DNA of 64,000 nt from Octopus sinensis (lineage: Eukaryota), in NCBI RefSeq assembly GCF_006345805.1, contig NC_043003.1:74648001-74712000 (forward strand), given 5' to 3'. The notes beneath the pieces were generated by a model. That model was given only the letters and a program-made list of their open reading frames with translations, did not search any database and had not been told where the DNA came from. Below, in pieces: positions 36,127-50,093 of the stretch (position 1 is its first letter; every line of letters begins with the position of its first letter). A program made the position numbers and the translations under genes.

Positions 36127-36543
36127 GTAATTTGCTATTAATAAAAAAAGCCCACCTGCCTTATTTGTATGACGATATCATACTCTACATCGAGTACGCA
36201 ACAAATATAATCACGTAAAAATATAATTAGGACACATGACTGGATAATTTGTTTAAATTAAACGAAAGTGAGCTAAGTGAAACAATTCAGAATGGCCCGA
36301 ATATGAATAACATTCATAAATACAAGAATATCAAATAACATACAGCATGATTTCTTCACACACGCATATGCGCGCACGCACACATACGCATAGGCAGACC
36401 TACAAACACACACAGACATATACGTAAATATACAGACGCTTTTCTCCCTTGTTCTCTCCCTCTATTTTGGCTCACGTTCTCATTTTCTCTCTCTCTTTAT
36501 GTGTGTGTATATATATATATATATATGTGTTTGTATGTGTGTG

Positions 36544-36630
<87 letters not shown>

Positions 36631-36990
36631 GTATGTATTCATCTTATATAGTAAGATAGTTATGCGTACAAGGCTAGATAGATCGATAAATAGATGTAAA
36701 ACATCCCACAGAGTTCATAGTTTGATCAGCCTAGTAATGTACATTAAACCGAACACACATTTTGTACAAAACGCAAACAGCAGCCAAGAAAATATCAAAA
36801 CTCGCGTTGCACTAACATCCAAACAGCAAGCCACATTTAAATATAGAAACAACTAAGAACTGGCCTAAACACAGGCATAGATGTGTGGAAAGACGTTCTA
36901 ACAGTGTGACACCTTAGGCATGTGACTCCTAATATAGTCCCAGACCGGACAAATCCTTGTGCATGGATTTGTCAGACGGAAACTGAAAAA

Positions 36991-37710
36991 GGCGGTGAGC
37001 TGACAGAAACGTTAGTACGCCGGGGAAAATGCTTAGTGGTATTTCGTCTGCCGTTACGTTCTGAGTTCAAATTCCGCCAAGGTCGACTTTGCCTTTCTCC
37101 CTTACGGGCTCGATTAGATAAGTACTAGTTACGCACTGGAGTCGATATAATCGACTTAATCCGTTTGTCTGTCCTTGTTTGTCCTCTCTGTGTTTAGCCC
37201 CTTGTGGGTAGTAAAGAAATTGAAATAGGTATTTCGTCTGCCGTTACGTTCTAAGTTCAAATTCCGCCGAGGTCGACTTTGCCTTTCATCCATTCGGGGT
37301 CGATAAATTAAGTACCTGTTACGCAGTGGGGTCGATGCAATGGACTCAATCCGTTTGTCTGTCCTTGTTTGTCCCTTCTGTGTTTAGCCCCTTGTGGGTA
37401 GTCGGGGTCGATAAATTAAATACCAGTTAGGCACTGGGGTCTATATAATCGACTTAATCCGTCTGTCTGTCCTTGTTTGTCTCCTCTTTGTTTAGCCTCT
37501 TGTGGGTAGTAAAGAAATAAAAATAGGTATTTCGTCTGCAGTTACGTTCTGAGTTCAAATTCCGCCGAGGTCGACTTTGCTTTTTATCCTTTCGGGGAGA
37601 TGAATTAAGTATGAGTTACGCACTGGGGGCGAGGTAATCGACTTAATTCCTTTGTCTGCTCTTGTGTGTCCCCTCTATGTTTAGCCCCTTGTGGGCAATA
37701 AAGGAATAGG
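36991..37710 (+). mobile_element. tRNA-derived SINE followed by head-to-tail partial SINE units
   Basis: Head GGCGGTGAGCTGACAGAAACGTTAG. GGTATTTCGTCTGC..GAGTTCAAATTCCGCCGAGG restarts at ~37228 and ~37526, with a shorter internal repeat at ~37404. Confidence 0.8.
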
Positions 37711-39210
37711 AAACTGAAAAAGACTGTCGTGGTATATATATATTTTATTTAATTTAGTGACTTTTAGAATCATATTTATTATAATATATTTAAATTTTTT
37801 CTATATGATTTAATATATATATATCTTTCATTATCAATTGAATTATTTAATAGAGGTTGTTTCTCTTAATTATATATTTATATATATATATATATATATG
37901 CATACACACACACACACATATATATATATATATTATATATATATGTGTGTGTGTGTGCGTGTGCGTGTATGTGTGCATGTTTATATATGTATGTGTATAT
38001 GTTTGTCTGTGTGTATGCCTTTGTGTTAGTGTTTAACCAAGCATTTGAAAATCGCGTCCCAACATGACTACTCTACAATGCCTGAAACAAACAAATGATA
38101 ACAGATACAACAAATGTTCATATTCGTAAATCAATCCTACACGCACAACACCATCACGTAAAGCATTAAAAACTGTGATAAAACTGTTGAAAATATTAGA
38201 ATGAATATAGTATTACTACACGGGTACACCATCTTTTTTTTTTGGTGAAGTTACACTCCGTATCTTATGGAGCTCAGTACTGAATGGTGCTTGTTCTATG
38301 AACACCAGAATAAGTGGAATGGGAGATTGTTACGGCGTGATTTGAACTCATGATTTCATAGCTTGTATATAATATCCACATGGCGTTTTGCTCGATGCTA
38401 TATCGATTCTGGCAATCCACCATAATGATAGATTTACTGCTGCTAGTATTATTGATGTTACACTTAATGCTCATCATATATAGCGGTTTTTCTTTTTTTG
38501 TCATTCCAGTTTGCTGCAGCCGACATAGGAAGCATCCAGCATTGCAGATACTGTGGATCTCGTGTTTAATCAGTTAGGAATAAGAACCATTCACCTTGCA
38601 CTCCTTACGAATGTGTGGAAGTAAATATAAAGGAAAACGGACGTACGTTGCAAAGGAATATGGCAGAAAGGGATTGAAATCTTTGAAGAACATTACTAGT
38701 ATCGAACAGAGAAATATGAACGGCAATCAGAATAAAATATATACCAACACACAAAGAAACCTACACACACACATACACACACAAAGAACATGTTCTATGA
38801 AAATTCTGCTGGTATAAAATAAATGACCATCCCATTCGTAATGATTACGATGAGAGGAAAGAGAATTATCACGATGAAAATGCTACCACCGACACCGACA
38901 CCAACACCAACACCAATAACAACAGTTTTATTGCAAATAGAAAGAGCATCAATTACAGCAAACAAAACATAAAACAATATGACGACGAAAAAAATAATTT
39001 AAATTGTGATACAAATATAGTTATATCTTTTACATTATCAACACCATTAACAATAATAAATATCACAGTAAAAGGCAGAAAAGTGTTTACATAAAAAAAG
39101 AAACAAACAAAAAAAAGAAAAAAAACAGCAAAATACAATATGTTGCTAAGTCTGCTATACAGTTATTACCCTTTATTTTACTACTACAACTACTGTAACT
39201 ACAGCTAAAT

Positions 39211-39242
<32 letters not shown>

Positions 39243-41749
39243 GCCGCTACTACTTCATTCGGCACTACTGTAGCTGCTGATGAAAGTGGTGATAAATCCC
39301 AGTCATTTTGGAAAGTGTATTTCATCATTTGGACATTGTAAATCTTACAGAGGTGGAGGAGGAGAAAGTATTCGGGAACAAATAATCAGCTGTAAGTGTT
39401 CCACTTCCATTACATTTAATCATTTTTTACGTTTTATTCATTTCTATTTATTATGTATTTTTCCCTTTATTTTTCATATTCTTTTTCGTTTTCTACTCTT
39501 ATTTTTTTTTGTACTTTTCCTTTGTCTCTTCATTTCTTTCGTTCTGTGTTTTTTTTCTTTTCGTCTTACTTTATTTTTCTATTTTTTTCTTCACACTCAT
39601 CTTTTCTTTCTTTTTTTTTATTACACATACATGTTGCTACCTGTTTATTTTTTCTTTCTGTCTTTCTGAGTTTGTGTCCAGGGGCTATATCAGCTTCTTT
39701 GAAAACATCGTTGTCTTCACTTTATCCTTTGCTCTTTGAGACGATATCAAATGTATCAGGATAAATGCTTTGGAGTAATTATGTTAGTCTTCTTAAGTTC
39801 ACATCATAAGTTTGCGGCAAAACATCTCTCTTGTTCTTTTCCTTGACTAAAACAATCGTTATTTTCTTTATAAGTGGTTGAAGATTTTTTTAATTTTCTT
39901 TCGGACTATTCATTGTTTTCATCATCATCGTCGTCGTTGCCGTCGTCTTCATCATTATCAGCAGCAGTGTCTTCCAGATACACTGCCATCAAATATGCTG
40001 ACGAGTACTCTCTATATCCCATGCTGTCACTATCGTCCTTAGTTCGCGCTGTATCCTGTCAACACTTTATTGTATAATCATGCCCATCACTCGACACCTG
40101 TGTAGTTAAAGCTGCAGTTTTTTTACTTGTTGGTTAACCCAATTCAGTCGTGATCAATCGGAACTAGGATCGAAAGAAATATGTTCAGACATTCATACAT
40201 TAACTATCCTGTTTTTTTCTGAAACAGTTGGCCAGGCATCTACAATCAAATATATACTACATATTTTTTGGTTTGGGTTAGATTTTTCTGTCATCCATAG
40301 AAAGCCAAAGTCTCTTTGTTTTTATTGTTGTTGTTCAGCCTAAGGTTGAGTTTGCTTCGTCTATGGTATGATAAAAATGTAAATGACTTTTAGCTTTGGT
40401 ACCCTTGTATACAATGTCTCAGTGTACGATTAGATAAATTTACCTGTCGTATCTGGCAGATTGCTCCAATACGCATAGAATTATTTTTCCTATTCTGTGT
40501 TTGGACTGCATAAACAAAGCCTTGTCTTTGCATTAAGTGATTTTGTCAATGTTTTTGTTGGAATATTTCTTGAAAAATGCATGACTCTTGATAAAAGTAA
40601 ATCTATTGGTGAAGTTTAATTTTTTATGCGTTGATCTGTTCCAAACGCAGTTATGTTAACATTGCAATATATGCCATTATATGGTCTTAATTTATTAATT
40701 TGGATGCATTGTGAGGAAAACAAAGACCGTTTATGTATCTCTCCTCTTATTACTGGTTCGATTGCTTTAAACATAACTGATTTGTTGACGATATAAAGTA
40801 AGCTTGGTACGCGTTTCCATGTTATTGTCTCCAATAAAGGGGAAAATGATAGATCCATGCCTTTTGTTATTTTTAACGACTAACAAGCTCACTTGCTATG
40901 CTGCCCTAGGGAAACATGTATAGAATTGATTTACTGCTAGTGAGAGGTCTCATAAATATAACCAGTGACAATTGAAGTACTTCATAAATCCTTTCAAATG
41001 CATCATGTTGAACTTTGTTTAAATTCTACCCTTAGTTCTTCCAAAAACACGCAAACTTAAATCATAAGGTACATAACCATGAAACTAATCTCAGTCCCCT
41101 AAAGTTATTACCTTGTGCCAAGATTTGAATCCATTATCACTGCTATTATTTTAATACATTTATTTTAAGATTACCATGTCTGGAAAGGTCGCATAGATGG
41201 CAAAGTGCTGAGTAGCACTTGCTCTCCGTTCCTTTCTCTTGATTAATGACCGCGTTTAAATCATGCCAGACAGCTTCGACACTACATTTTATCCTCTTGT
41301 TTGCTTGCAAAAAATATTTGCCATGACCAGTTCAATAGACTAAAGCTACTTCAAAACATAATTTGTGTATCTTGTTACAAATTAGATCATACAAAAAAAA
41401 ATTACTGTGAGTCAAAGGGTCCCTAGGTGATCGGGGTTCAACAAAACCTAAGCAGCATATTGGGCAGAAATATCAAAAGCAGGAATTTTCACTTAGTATA
41501 TGGTATATTAGTGATTGAGCAAGAAACCAAGTTGAGGAACAAATCAATGTGTCTCCAGAACATAAGTATTTACTAAACCGATTATTATTTATTGAACAAT
41601 TATCAAGAAAGGACATTTTAGGATAAGGGTACAACATTTTTTGATTCTAGAATGGATTAAATACAATGAAATACATTAAGGAATATATGTATAATAATGC
41701 AGCCTCTCTAGTATATGACACAACATTTATAGAATAATGATTAAAACTC

Positions 41750-42850
41750 GATTCCAGGATATTTGATTTCTTGCAAATCTGCCACCAACCATACTAATAT
41801 TTGTGAGTCATTATTACGAGTAGGAAGGATGATGCCATTATGGCTTACAGAAGCATTCGGGCTGTACATTCATGTTTAGGTTGAAATGCAGCACTTCAGC
41901 GACTACAAGCCTAAAGCGTTGTGGATGAGTTCAATATAAAAAGAACAATAGATTAAGGAATTCGAAGTGTTCGAGAAGATTATAGTATAATGTTACCCAA
42001 GTCTCTGTACTGTAATACACAGCAGAAAATGCCATAATTCAAATACTGTGTGCGATTAAGTATTGTATCATGGAAGCCTATCACCATATCATCCTGAAAT
42101 TGTATCTAGTTGCTTAGTGACATATTTCGTGGTCAACTGTTTAATTTTTATCATCGTAGACAAGGGTGAATATTGTCAAAGGCATTGGTCCTGTTTCTAA
42201 CCTAGAATCTGCTGTCTACTACCAGTCTAATCTGTCTAATACACTCTTTCAAAGATTTTTACAATGCACATGTCTATTTTCTCTTTTATATTTTCAAATT
42301 GGTTCGTGCCGAAAGTGTTCAACAGTAGCCAATATTAATTTAAAAACTCTGTTCTACCTGTCTGTAACGTGGAGGTGACAAGCCTTAAGCAATACAGAAA
42401 CGAGTTAAAATATCTTCATAGAAATATATTCATCGCAGTATATCGATAGTAAGATTGATATGAATGCTCTCTTATGTAAAATTTATCGAATCCAAAGAAA
42501 ATTCAAACCAGTCATGGGAAAGGCAGTTATTTGTCTTAGTGCCATGTTTTAATCTCTGCCCAGCATATTTATGACTTGGTGGTTCGGATTACTGAAATCT
42601 GAAAGTAATAAAATTACCATTGAAAAAAATCTGTATTGGTTTCTACTACTTAGTTAAAAAAAAATTACAAAAGTGTAATGGAAGTACATGTTCTTCCGAA
42701 CTGGTCTTCAACTTGCAGCAAGGTTTATATAATTGGCAGCCATTAGCATGTTAAGCAGATTAAAATTTGAAGAAATTCTCTACTTTTGGCTGAAACTATC
42801 AAGAATTATTAGCATTTAGATGAATGCAGCAATCGAATTTATATGATTCG
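41750..42850 (+). mobile_element. Possible very old DIRS-like tyrosine-recombinase fragment
   Basis: Remnants IFDFLQ..AIMAYRSIRAVH and LAAISMLSRLKFEEIL loosely resemble the DIRS YR N- and C-terminal regions; many stops. Confidence 0.25.
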
Positions 42851-43049
42851 TAGACTCCTCAGCCAAAAGGAAAGTATTTCAACCGCTTCAACAATGTGTG
42901 AATGTGTGTCTGTGCGTCATTTGGCAGTTGTATATTAATTTTATACTCTGCTAAAGAGGTCAAAAACCTTTTATCACTTGGCCGTAGATTTTTTTAGACA
43001 TCACCTAATTGCCACTGAACAGTATATATATATATATATATATATATAC

Positions 43050-43355
43050 ATACTGAGACCCCCTTCGGTCATGACTGACCATGGGATTGCACCTAGAAAG
43101 TTACTCTCCCTGGCACATTCCGGGCAAGGTTGTTTATGGAAGACCAGCAGTCGCCCATGCATAGCGGACTCCCCTCTCCACGCCACCAGTGTTATCCAAG
43201 GGAAAGGTAGATGCCGATACAGCTTGGCACATGTGACGTCGCAACTCATTTCTACAGCTGAGTGAACTGGAGCAACGTGAAATACAGTGTCTTGCTCAAG
43301 AACACAACACGCAGCCCAGTCCCGGATTCGAACTCACAACCTCACGATCGTAAGT
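43050..43355 (-). mobile_element. tRNA-derived SINE
   Basis: Minus strand GATCGTGAGGTTGTGAGTTCGAATCCGGGACT (B-box) followed by GTGTTCTTGAGCAAGACACT. Confidence 0.7.
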
Positions 43356-43821
43356 GAAAAAGAAAGATTAACTGTGTGTATGTCTGTGGTGGAGTCTGGA
43401 AACTTGCATCCACATATCTGCTGTCTGGAGTGTATTTCTTCCTCATAGTTTGCGGGGCCCACGTTCCGATGTCTTAATAATCCCCATCGCCACCACCGCC
43501 ACCATCAAGAATAAAAACATGAAATACAAATGTTAAGAATATCTGACTGAAAAGTACAACAGTGAAACTTTTCATTTGTATGATCTTCTGTCTGTTTCTA
43601 ATTTTAGCCATACTATATCCTCTAGTGATATTTCTTTGCTATTGATGTAACAATTCATTTCTTATTCGGTGTCTACACTCAGTCTCTTGTTTTATAGCAT
43701 ACTGCGAAATCTCAACAAATGCAACAAAACTCATGTCACACAAATATTTTCCTAAGTGTGTAAGTGCACATGGCCGCATTTTCTAACATGAGAAACAAGT
43801 GACAGTAATATTCCCTGCCAG

Positions 43822-43892
43822 GATTTATTTAAAACAATTTTCAATGATCCTCGGATTTATGAAGGAGTTTCATTCAGAGAGTGAACGTCCAG
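43822..43892 (+). CDS. Candidate internal exon, IYLKQFSMILGFMKEFHSESERP
   Basis: TTCCCTGCCAG|71 nt|GTGAGA; a single open frame (phase 2 to 1), compatible with 52600-52698. Confidence 0.35.
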
Positions 43893-45288
43893 GTGAGAAA
43901 GCTTAGTAAAACATGAAAATCACTAATACTTGTTTGAAAAGCCTTCAAAAATTTTAAGAATAGCTCATTACATCTAAGTCCATCCATTGTTGTATATAAA
44001 TGTAGCATATATATTCTCCTGTCACGAAGTCCATCCATCCATTGTGAACGCACAACCTGAAGTGGTTCAAGTGTAGCCGACAGCTCGGCTACGATTACAA
44101 TAGTATATAATTTATGTTCTCACTATCGCATGAGCATACACAAAGACATACACACACACATAAACGTTTATGTATACGCAGTAACAGACAGTTTCCTATG
44201 CACGATAACTACAATTACAATATATAATAATAACTCTATCCATACTAGACTGGATATGTATCTCAAACACTTATAATTTATGCAGTACTTTCGATTGTAC
44301 GTCGTGTAAACGTTTTCCAATTATCTTCCAGCCCTTAGTGTTCTGGTCCCAATGCTTTCCTTCCATAAAGTACAATTCAAATTGCAGATGCTGAACGTGA
44401 TCGTCCCACTGTCGGCTACACAATGCTGGGAGATTCCCTGTAATTCTACAACCAGCATGTTACTGCCTAACTGCCCCGAATCCCAGAAGATTTGATAGAT
44501 ATGGATAAGCTGATTTTATAATAAATTTATGTAGGTAAGATTGGCTGCGGAAATGCAAACGTGGGATAATTTATTTGTATCCATACTGATATTTCTTTCA
44601 TTGCAAAATTGTGGTTGTTTGTGTATGTGTGTGTGTTGGCGTGTGTTTACACGCATGTGTGCCTGTAAACAAACGCAAATATTTTCATAGTTATATAAAT
44701 ATATACTCTTCTGCTCTTCTCCTCTTACCGAATATTTACCATAACATTTGCCAAAACCGGATATCAAATAAAGCAGTAAGAGACAGTGTCAGACAAAATG
44801 GTTTGTTTTGCCAGACGAGAAACCAAATACTTGACATATGAAACAACGTGTAAAATGTCAGCCAAGAAGCAATTCTTTTCCATTTAGCAGGAGGGGAAAA
44901 TCATGCACGCAAACGCGCGCACGTGCAGACACATACACACAAACATACATCCACTCATCCTCTCTCTGCCTCTCTCTTTCTCTCTCCCTTGCACACATCC
45001 GCAAGCACAATACAGAAGTATACAGAAATCCGGAGTAGTGAAACGGAAAACGAAACCATGGTTTCTGAGATGTAGTGTCCTCTAGCAGAGCTATAATTGT
45101 TTTGTGGTGTTATTGGTGGTGGTATCATTGTTTTATGTATAGACAGCAATGAAACTGCCGTTCCAAAGTTAAACTGTGTGGGAAAATGATATAGAGCATA
45201 AGCTTTTCTGCCTAAAATTAAGACGTCTACACCTCTGGCACTCTCTGTCTACCTGTCTAACTATCTCTGTCACACTTTCTCTTTCTCA

Positions 45289-45328
<40 letters not shown>

Positions 45329-45451
45329 TTCGCTCTCTAGTTATCTGTATATCTGCCTATCTTTTCATCTCTCTATCTATTTAACTTTCCAACAAACTGT
45401 ATATCTCTATATTTTGTAATATCACGATGTTCAAGACATCCGAAACGTGCT

Positions 45452-45958
45452 GGCATATATATACAAGGTTATTTAAACAGAATGAACCGATTTCAATCCG
45501 CAATTTTTAATAAGGAAAAAAATTGAAAACTCCACAAGTCACACGTATTTACCCACAATCAACTTTTATTTCCTGTCTTAAAAATGTTCAATGTGGCCAC
45601 CTCCTGCAGTACGGGCAACATCAATGCGATAAGGAAATTCCTCCCAGACGCCTATCAGCATATCACGATCCACTGAGTTGATCGCTGTTCTTATTCGATG
45701 ATTAAGGTCATCGAGATTTGTGGGTTGCGGTGGAACATAAACGCGGTCTTTTACATATTTCCACAACAAAATTATCATACTCATCGAATAATAACAGCAT
45801 TCAACTTGGTGGATCCTGATATGCTGATACGTGTCTGGAAGGAATTACCTTATCGCATTGATGTTGCCCGTACTGCAGGTGGTGGCCACATTGAATACTT
45901 GTAAGTCAGGAAATAAAAGTTGATTGTGATTAAATACTTGTGACTTAGATTGGGTTTT
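45452..45958. mobile_element. Fold-back of two inverted Tc1/mariner transposase 3' fragments
   Basis: Minus 45578-45784 (YVKDRVY..RIDVARTAGGGHIEHF) and plus ~45780-45904 (..RIDVARTAGGGHIEYL) with shared downstream sequence; TACAAGG terminus at 45452. Confidence 0.85.
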
Positions 45959-46074
45959 CTATTGCTTTTCCTTATTAAAATATTGAGTAATGAAATCGAT
46001 TATGTATATCTATATTTGAACATATATATATATATTATATATATATATAATATATATATTCAAACATATAAGGA

Positions 46075-46228
46075 TGGCCATACTAGGCTCTTTCTAGTGA
46101 GTCGGATGTCCTATTATGGCCATGCCTTATTTGCTTGAATGTATATTACATAGTCTATTGACTATGTTTTCTTTCTCACTTGACCGCTGGTAGTGGAGAA
46201 TTTTTCTAGAATATTTTGCTACCCTAAA

Positions 46229-46235
<7 letters not shown>
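46075..46235. repeat. Repeat end related to the family B / 21059 termini
   Basis: Reverse complement begins (TA)n-AATTTTAGGG and contains ACTCACTAGAAA (compare ACTCATTAGAAA in family B). Confidence 0.35.
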
Positions 46236-46280
<45 letters not shown>

Positions 46281-47190
46281 TATATATGCTTTTAATATAA
46301 CGATAAAATTTTAAGATATTTTATCAGTGGCCAGCCTATCAAAAATACATTTTACATATTAAGGTGAAAGTTATACATATATATGTGTATGTGTATAGAC
46401 ACCCGTACAGACACACTCATACACACACACAGATATGTGTCGAAAGGTGAATGTTACCTCATTAGGTAATGTGCCGGACACAAGTTAACACATTGCTCAT
46501 GGGAAGACTAACGCTTTTACCATTTTTAAGAAAAGCTTTTCTCGAGCTGTTAGTCAGTTTATTATGTTTGCTCACACGTATCCATTTTCGATTTTGATTC
46601 CGTTCGGTCTTCGACATGTATCTAGAACCTGAAACAGGAATATAGTGAAGCATGTTTGCAATAGAAACTTTAATTCGAAAACATTCAGTTGTATCATTTT
46701 ACGATCTAAACTTAATTGTTATTAATAAGCGTTTACGGAATAGAACTTTCATTTTACTGCGGAGTATCGGGAATATAAAGTTAGTGTAAATTAGTGTTTC
46801 CAAGTTTTAGGTTTAAAAATAGGACTACGTTCTTAATGAATTTATTACACTCATTAAAGTAATCATCAGCAATTCTACAATAATACTGCTGTTTACTGCA
46901 GTAAATAATTGAATTACTTAGCACTTAGTAGCAACGATATGGAATGGGCTGCTGAGGGCTAGTTGCTTGTGGGTAAGCAATGATAATATATAATAAGCTA
47001 TCATGTAATCAATAGCCAAAACAAAAGCACAAATGAAAGAAACAATAATTATAATTCTCAATATGTTTTAATGAGATAGGAATCCACACTGGGAGAAAGC
47101 ACGAAAAGTTTATGTAGATAATTCAATTCTGGATAGTGTATTCTATCAGAAAGCCCAATGCAAGGTAAAACAATGACTATGCTTTAAATT

Positions 47191-47317
47191 CAGGGTGATT
47201 CAAATGTTGCCATACATAAAAGCAATTTATTTTTTATAAGAAACAAATTGTTTCCTTTAACTCTTTCTTATAAAATAATACATTTTTCCTATGTGTGGTT
47301 ACTTTTGAATCATCCTG
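47191..47317. mobile_element. Small Tc1/mariner-type MITE
   Basis: TIRs CAGGGTGATTCAAATGTTGCCATACATA / TATGTGTGGTTACTTTTGAATCATCCTG. Confidence 0.7.
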
Positions 47318-47699
47318 CAGATATGATGGTATGGCTGTATAAAACATTAATAAAATAGCGGTATTTTTCTCAGATGCAGGGTTCTATAATGTCATTCCAT
47401 TTTTATGCAGTACTGAACGAAAGAAAATTTAGTAGATCTTTATTTACTCATAGATCATGACTTCTAATTAGTGTCGATGTATTATATCATTTTGTTGGAG
47501 TAGAATATTTTAATATGCTTTTTCGAATGCCTTGTAAGTGCTTGGAATACGGACCAGATAAGTCGTAAGCCTTAGACTTAAAGTGAATATTATGTGAAAT
47601 ATAAGTTGTTTTTTCTGTACGATAAAATGACTGTTCGATAACAAATTCTTCAAGCTCTATGAAATAAGAGCTAAGTAACGTCTTCATACCCCATAAAAC

Positions 47700-47880
47700 T
47701 ACACCTAGATAACAGTTTTTCAAGCGTAAACGAATCAAAGTTAGATAACGGTTTCAAAAAGTCATTGAGAAACAAAGCTAGATGGATAACAGTTTCTCGA
47801 GCCCTTCGAAAACACAGTTAGATAAAAGCTTATCAAAATCTATGAGAACTCAGCGCGACGACGGTTTCTTAACATCCTAA
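47700..47880. repeat. Degenerate ~35-40-bp minisatellite
   Basis: About five units beginning (A)GATAAC(A/G)GTTT. Confidence 0.55.
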
Positions 47881-48399
47881 ATGACAACACTTTAAGAGCC
47901 CCATGAAACCACCTCTCTAATCTGGCTAATCCAAGCCTCATAAAAGCATAGCTCCACATTGAATCTTTTAATTATTGTGAAACTACAGCTAGTTATCTCT
48001 TCTGCAAGAGGTGGCAGCCACATCTACTTCAAGCCTCACCCTCCTCTTCTAGAAATGGAAGGAGACATATACATGGATAAATATCTGGAAACATATATGT
48101 AGATACAGCCGAGATAATTTGGATAACAGGACCTGCAATTGGATAAACAATAACCACATTGCTATTTCTTCTGCTTATATAGCAAAATTATATATTATTA
48201 AATATTTATGTTTGCATTAGAGAAATGAGAGAATAATAAGCGTTAATATTTTCGTTCATTGCATGAACGATATTTATGATCGGATTATTTACTAAATTAG
48301 AGCATTGACGATAAACCGGTGCCGAAAGTTTAATTGGTAGAAATTTAATTCTCTACATTATTGAACTGATTTGCGATAAGTATAAATGAAATATATAAT

Positions 48400-48900
48400 T
48401 CCATGATCATAGTAGACGCCAGGAGGTATAAAGGAGATCAAAAGACGAATAATGTTGGCAAAACCTGCATTCTCAAAATTTTATAACATTTTCAGAAACC
48501 GTACTCTGAGCATCAAGACCAGGATCTTAATTGTGAACTGATATGTCTACCCTGTGTTAATGTATAGGGGTATCGTATGATCTGTAAACCTCAGGAATGA
48601 GGGGGTGCTTGGAGAGCTGTGGAATGTAATTTTTAAAGAGTATATTGAGGATAGCATGGACAAATCATTTCATGATAAAGTGATGACTTAGGTTGCAGTA
48701 AGTAGGGAAGTACCTCGTGAGAAAGGGGCCCAAGCAACTGAAATTTCTTGGTCATGTGAATTTAGCGATGGACGGAAACACTGAGAGGAAAAGAAGCAAG
48801 GAAAGGAGGAAGGATGATATGGATGTCAAGCTTGCAAAACTGAATGGATGAAGCATTAAACATCAGGAAGTGGAACTGTTGCAGAAAAAAAAAATAAAGA
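48400..48900 (+). mobile_element. Decayed RTE-clade LINE 3' fragment
   Basis: EIKRRIMLAKPAFSK..LSIKTRILIV..YPVLMY matches the post-RT region of RTE elements. Confidence 0.7.
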
Positions 48901-49822
48901 ACTATGGCATAATATGATTGCCTATATCCTACATTTGGGACATCGCATCTAAAAAGGACGAAGAAATTCCATGAAAGATCAATTAAAGTTCCAACAGAAT
49001 TGCGAGCAGTTAATTTTCTTATGTCCTTCCAAATTTGACTCATTTCAGTGAAACGTGGTAGCTGACGGGCAAGAGAGCGACTCCTGCAATCGTCTTGTAT
49101 TCATTACAAAGGAATAGATATTAGCCCCATGAAATTACACGCCATACTCGCGTGTACTGCTGAGAAATCCAGGTATCAGATTCCCCGAAATTAAGATCGT
49201 ATTCCTAATATATGAATAATAAATACACAGTCACAGAGGCTCCCAATGTCAAATATAAATACATCTCGTATATATCATATACAGAGAGACAGAGAGACAT
49301 GTGATAGAGATAGTGAGAGAGAAGGAGGATATATATATATATATATATATATAATGCAAAACTGGCCCCCGCCCCATGATCCAAATATCCACTAACATTA
49401 TTAGTGTTTCGTTTATGATAACATTTATCATTGAGCCCATCCTATCGTGCATTTGTTTGGTTCAGTTCATCTGACCCTGTCATAGTCTATTAAAGCCTTG
49501 CCTCCCTGGACATTATTGTATCAACGTTTATTTTCAGCTCTTTTCTATTCCATTGTAAAACTGCTGAGATTTATGATATGGGAGAATAACAAAACTGCAA
49601 TAATTGAATACAACATATTCACATTTACGTACGGATATAGAAAAATAGATGCATAGAATGACTTAAAGAAAAGTCAGCTATGCTTCTACAAGCATACATA
49701 GAAACAACAATATTAATAGCTGCAGCAACAACTAATATAACAACAAATATAGCTACTAAGAATATACCAGAAAGATCAACAAATACTACAAATGCAAAAC
49801 ACACAAATGCTCAATTTGACTT

Positions 49823-49825
<3 letters not shown>

Positions 49826-49878
<53 letters not shown>

Positions 49879-49885
49879 TGAGAGA
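49826..49885. repeat. (GA)n microsatellite
   Basis: Direct run. Confidence 0.95.
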
Positions 49886-50059
49886 GTAAAATCAATAAAT
49901 CCGGTACCGCAAACAATTATGAGATCAGTTGGCCAACTGACAAAGAAAATTCGGTCTAATATTTCTAGGAGTATAGTAAAGATGGGTGAAATCAAATTTG
50001 AAATCCTGCTCTTGATGAATACATACATATATACATACATACATATACAAACACACGCT

Positions 50060-50093
<34 letters not shown>

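Noticed and set aside
38511-38620. Strong polypyrimidine acceptor followed by coding-looking sequence
   Set aside because: All three frames from the acceptor hit stops before a good donor.
39270-39330. + strand CTGATGA...GAAA hammerhead look-alike
   Set aside because: Stem II is only wobble-paired, and stems I and III do not form convincingly.
46220-46235. TTAGGG/TGAGGG at repeat termini as telomeric repeats
   Set aside because: Single hexamers only; no telomeric array.
47700-47880. Short repeats with variable intervening sequence, superficially CRISPR-like
   Set aside because: Units are degenerate along their whole length, there are no unique spacers or cas genes, and the context is eukaryotic; it is a minisatellite.
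49155-49205. + strand CTGA-GA..GATTCCCCGAAA look-alike
   Set aside because: The core lacks N7 and stem III is unpaired; too degenerate to call.
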